Assembly: GCA_018651085.1 (NCBI GenBank)
Contig: JABIEQ010000014.1
Location: forward strand, 15,178-79,177
Reading direction: 5' to 3'
Source of the DNA: Candidatus Magasanikiibacteriota bacterium
GTDB taxonomy: Bacteria; Patescibacteriota; Patescibacteriia; Magasanikbacterales; UBA922
DNA length: 64,000 nt
A program made the position numbers and the translations under genes. The notes beneath the pieces are model-generated. The model did no database searches. It was not told where the DNA came from and saw only the letters and a list, made by a program, of their open reading frames with translations. Shown here in pieces: positions 60,996 through 64,000 of this stretch. Each line of letters begins with the position of its first letter. Positions within the stretch are counted from its first letter, which is position 1.

Positions 60996-61060
60996 AATTT
61001 TGGTAAAATTTAGCTAAAATAAAGACCTTTTTTACCACTTTTGTCAATATAACCACGCAT

Positions 61061-63172
61061 ATGGAAGAAAAAAATATAAACATTAATGACGAAAGGGATG
61101 TTCGTCTCAACAAACTACAGACCCTTATAAAAGAGGGGATTAACCCATACCCAGCAAGAGTACATAGAACGCATACTCTAAAAGAAGCTCTTGAAGAAAA
61201 AGAAGGACAAGAAATGACTGTTACAGGACGTCTCATGACAAAAAGAGACATGGGGAAACTTACGTTTGCTCATCTTCAGGATGGAACAGGACGAATGCAG
61301 ATTGCGTTAAAAAAGGATGAAATTGACGAAGCAGCCTACAAGCATTTTCTTAAAAAAATAGACAGTGGTGACATTATTGAAGTTACTGGAGAAAAATTTA
61401 TTACACATAAAAAAGAACCATCAGTATTAGTACGATCGTTTACATTACTATCAAAAGCACTGCTTCCACTACCAGATAAATTTCATGGACTCAATGACGA
61501 AGAAACACGCTATAGAAAACGATACTTAGATTTTCTTATAAATGAAGGTCAAAAAGAAAAAATCATCGTACGATCTCGCATTTTAAAATACATGCGAGAC
61601 TATTTAGATAATGCTGGATTTATTGAAGTAGAGACACCAAGCTTAGAAGTTGTTGCATCAGGTGCACTTGCTCAAACTTTTGATACCCATTTAAATGCTT
61701 TTGATCTCCCAGTACACATGCGTATTTGTATGGGAGAATTATGGCAAAAAAGATTATTGATTGGTGGTTTTGAAAAAACATACGAAATTGGGCGCGCGTA
61801 TAGAAACGAAGGCGTGGATCACTCACACAACCCAGAATTCACCATGATGGAATTCTACTGGGCATATGCTGACATTAACGACAACATCAAACTTCATGAA
61901 GAAATGATGCCCTTCATTGTAGAAAAAAGTGTTGGCACACTTAAAATAGAAAACGATGGAGACATTATCAATTTTACAACACCATATCCACGCATCACAT
62001 TTCACGATGCCGTATTAGAGCATAGTGGTATTGATATTAATAACTACGACGATGCAACTTCTTTAGGAAAGGCAATGAAAGAAAAAGGATATGACGTAGA
62101 AAAAGGAGCTGAGCGAGGAAAACTCTTAGATAATCTCTACAAACAATCAACAAGACTACATATTATTCAACCAACCTTTGTATTAAACTACCCAGTTGAA
62201 TTAAAACCCCTTGCTAAAAAGGCAGAAGACCCTCGTTACACAGAAATGTTCCAACTTGTTATTAAAGGATTTGAATTAAGTAACTCATACACTGAACTTA
62301 ATGATCCAATTGATCAACGAGAACGATTCGAAGAGCAAGCAAGACTTGCTGAAGCCGGTGAAGAAGAAGTCATGGGATATGATCACGATTACGTTGAAGC
62401 ATTAGAATACGGCATGCCCCCAGCAACAGGGACTGGCATTGGAATTGATCGGCTTGCAGCATTAATCACAAATTCACACACCCTTCGAGAAGTAACAGCA
62501 TTTCCACTCATGAAACCAGAACAAGGAAGTACTTCTCAAAAGAAAAAAACAACAACACCAAAAAAAGAAGACAGTGCTCCTAGAACAGTAAATGAACTTC
62601 CCATGAGTCGCGACGAAGCCTGGGAACTTGTTCTTAAACACAACAGCGCAACACCAGACTTACAACACTATAGAGAAAGCGAAGTAATCCTTCGTGCCCT
62701 TGCAAAACGTCTTGGACGAGATGTTGAATACTGGGGAATGCTTGGTATGCTTCATGATATTGATTGGGGGCTTACAAAAGAAGAACCAAAGACACACCTA
62801 ACAAAAATGCCTGCCATCTTACGTGAAGCTGGATTTAATGATCAATTTATTGAAGATGTATTGTCTCACGGATATGGCTGTGAATGTGCAGATCTCGATA
62901 ATATGACAAGAGACTGTGAAATCCAATATGCACTTGCCTGTGGAGAAACAGTAACTGGACTTGTATACGCTGCAGCAAGAATGCGACCAGAAAAAATTGC
63001 ATCATTAGAATTACGTTCATTAAAGAAAAAATTCAAAAACAAGAAATTTGCAGAAAAAGTGAATAGGGATGTTATCCGTGAATGTGAAAAACTCGGTATT
63101 GAACTCGACGAATTTTTACAACTGGCAATTGATGCTATGAAAGAAATTGCTGAAGAAATTGACCTTGCCTAA
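61061..63172 (+). CDS. lysS: lysyl-tRNA synthetase (class II) fused to a C-terminal YqeK-like HD-domain phosphohydrolase
   Basis: Residues 1-490 are a complete LysRS: OB anticodon-binding domain, motif 2 FRNEGVDHSHNPEFTMMEFY, motif 3 GIGIDRL. After a K/T-rich linker, residues about 515-703 carry H...LHDIDW...H...D spacing typical of YqeK/HD-family hydrolases. Confidence 0.8.
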   Translation: MEEKNININDERDVRLNKLQTLIKEGINPYPARVHRTHTLKEALEEKEGQEMTVTGRLMTKRDMGKLTFAHLQDGTGRMQIALKKDEIDEAAYKHFLKKIDSGDIIEVTGEKFITHKKEPSVLVRSFTLLSKALLPLPDKFHGLNDEETRYRKRYLDFLINEGQKEKIIVRSRILKYMRDYLDNAGFIEVETPSLEVVASGALAQTFDTHLNAFDLPVHMRICMGELWQKRLLIGGFEKTYEIGRAYRNEGVDHSHNPEFTMMEFYWAYADINDNIKLHEEMMPFIVEKSVGTLKIENDGDIINFTTPYPRITFHDAVLEHSGIDINNYDDATSLGKAMKEKGYDVEKGAERGKLLDNLYKQSTRLHIIQPTFVLNYPVELKPLAKKAEDPRYTEMFQLVIKGFELSNSYTELNDPIDQRERFEEQARLAEAGEEEVMGYDHDYVEALEYGMPPATGTGIGIDRLAALITNSHTLREVTAFPLMKPEQGSTSQKKKTTTPKKEDSAPRTVNELPMSRDEAWELVLKHNSATPDLQHYRESEVILRALAKRLGRDVEYWGMLGMLHDIDWGLTKEEPKTHLTKMPAILREAGFNDQFIEDVLSHGYGCECADLDNMTRDCEIQYALACGETVTGLVYAAARMRPEKIASLELRSLKKKFKNKKFAEKVNRDVIRECEKLGIELDEFLQLAIDAMKEIAEEIDLA

Positions 63173-63177
63173 GCACT

Positions 63178-63594
63178 ATGAAAACTGTAATGATTTTTGG
63201 AACATTTGATATTCTTCACCAAGGCCATTTGTCTGTGTTTAAGGCCGCAAGACGTGCTGGAGATCATGTCATTACTGTCGTAGCAAGAGACACCACGGTA
63301 AAAAAACACAAACAACATCCCATCCACACAGAACTTGAAAGAAAACGAATGCTTGAGTGTATTTCACTTATCGATGAAGTTGTTCTTGGCTGCAAAAAGA
63401 ATCCATATAAAATCATAAAAAACAAACAACCAGATATTATCCTTCTCGGATATGATCAAAAAGTTTTTGTAGATCAACTCAAAGAAAAATTAAAAGAATT
63501 TGGCCTATCAACAAAAGTGAAACGATTGCCCTCGTATAAACCAAAAACATATAAATCAAACAAGATTAGACAAAAAATGGAGAAATCCATGTAA
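63178..63594 (+). CDS. cytidylyltransferase-like (HxGH nucleotidyltransferase) protein
   Basis: FGTFDILHQGH motif and the size (138 aa) typical of small CTP:glycerol-3-P / FAD-synthetase-like nucleotidyltransferases. Confidence 0.6.
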   Translation: MKTVMIFGTFDILHQGHLSVFKAARRAGDHVITVVARDTTVKKHKQHPIHTELERKRMLECISLIDEVVLGCKKNPYKIIKNKQPDIILLGYDQKVFVDQLKEKLKEFGLSTKVKRLPSYKPKTYKSNKIRQKMEKSM

Positions 63595-63611
63595 CTAAAA
63601 AATCACGTCAT

Positions 63612-64000
63612 ATGTTAGACATTAAATTTATACGAGAAAACAAAGAACTAATAAAACAAAATAATACGAATAGAAAAGTAACCGTTGATGTTGACCGTCT
63701 TTTAGAGCTTGATGAGAAAAAAAGAGCAATGACTACAGACATCGAAACGCTAAGAGCAAAGAGGAATCAAGGATCAAAAGGAAAACCAACAGAAGAAGAA
63801 ATAACACAAATGCGAGAAGTGGGGGAGAGCATTAAAAAACAAGAAGAAGACATGTTGGCAGTTACTACCGAATACATGGACATTCTTCTACAAATTCCAA
63901 ATCTCACACACGAAAAATCACCTGTTGGAGGAGAAGAAGATTTCAGTGTTCTTGAGACAAGAGGAGATACCCCAAACTTCCCATTTACCCCAAAGGATCA
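63612..64000 (+). CDS. serS: seryl-tRNA synthetase, N-terminal part (runs off window end)
   Basis: An ATG at 63612 opens a frame reading MLDIKFIRENKELIKQ... with the long coiled-coil arm typical of the SerRS N-terminus. No stop lies in the window, so it is absent from the ORF track. Confidence 0.75.
   Translation, partial: MLDIKFIRENKELIKQNNTNRKVTVDVDRLLELDEKKRAMTTDIETLRAKRNQGSKGKPTEEEITQMREVGESIKKQEEDMLAVTTEYMDILLQIPNLTHEKSPVGGEEDFSVLETRGDTPNFPFTPKD

Noticed and set aside
60996-61060. T-box riboswitch leader upstream of lysS
   Set aside because: The intergenic space is only about 95 nt including the greA terminator, too short for a T-box. No specifier or antiterminator motifs.

Overview
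This window looks like a low-GC, gene-dense Candidate Phyla Radiation (Patescibacteria)-type bacterial chromosome segment; the lineage is inferred. Nearly everything is on the + strand. Recognisable core genes are pilD, a NUDIX hydrolase, ligA, gatC, gatA, lgt, rpmA, ftsW/rodA, murG, a P-type ATPase, a Mur ligase, ftsB-like, ppiC, ftsE, ftsX, rlmN, suhB-like, glgA, glgP, macA/macB-like efflux genes, a uvrD-like helicase-nuclease, proS, mreB, mreC, mreD, mrdA, greA, lysS and the 5' part of serS. I also call four tRNAs: Ser-GGA, Lys-UUU, Gln-UUG, and a tRNA, probably Asn-GUU, that is split by a ~323-nt group I intron with canonical P7 R/S elements. The most unusual content is a set of visibly G+C-rich patches in an otherwise A+T-rich background. 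One is a ~690-nt stretch at 24000-24690 with no ORFs and dense palindromes and hairpins, which I read as a large structured RNA of unknown class. One is a ~150-nt structured element between ligA and gatC. One is a two-gene GC-rich cassette at 31057-32953 encoding single-pass membrane proteins, each followed by a related GGAGGA-loop hairpin. Three are small GC-rich orphan genes. Other notable items are a LysRS fused to a YqeK-like HD domain, a UvrD helicase fused to a Cas4/AddB-like Fe-S nuclease, a ProRS whose editing domain is replaced by a zinc ribbon, a tandem LOG-domain protein, and a 947-aa Cys-rich surface protein with near-identical internal repeats. No CRISPR array, transposase or integrase was seen. 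I did not compute exact GC percentages.
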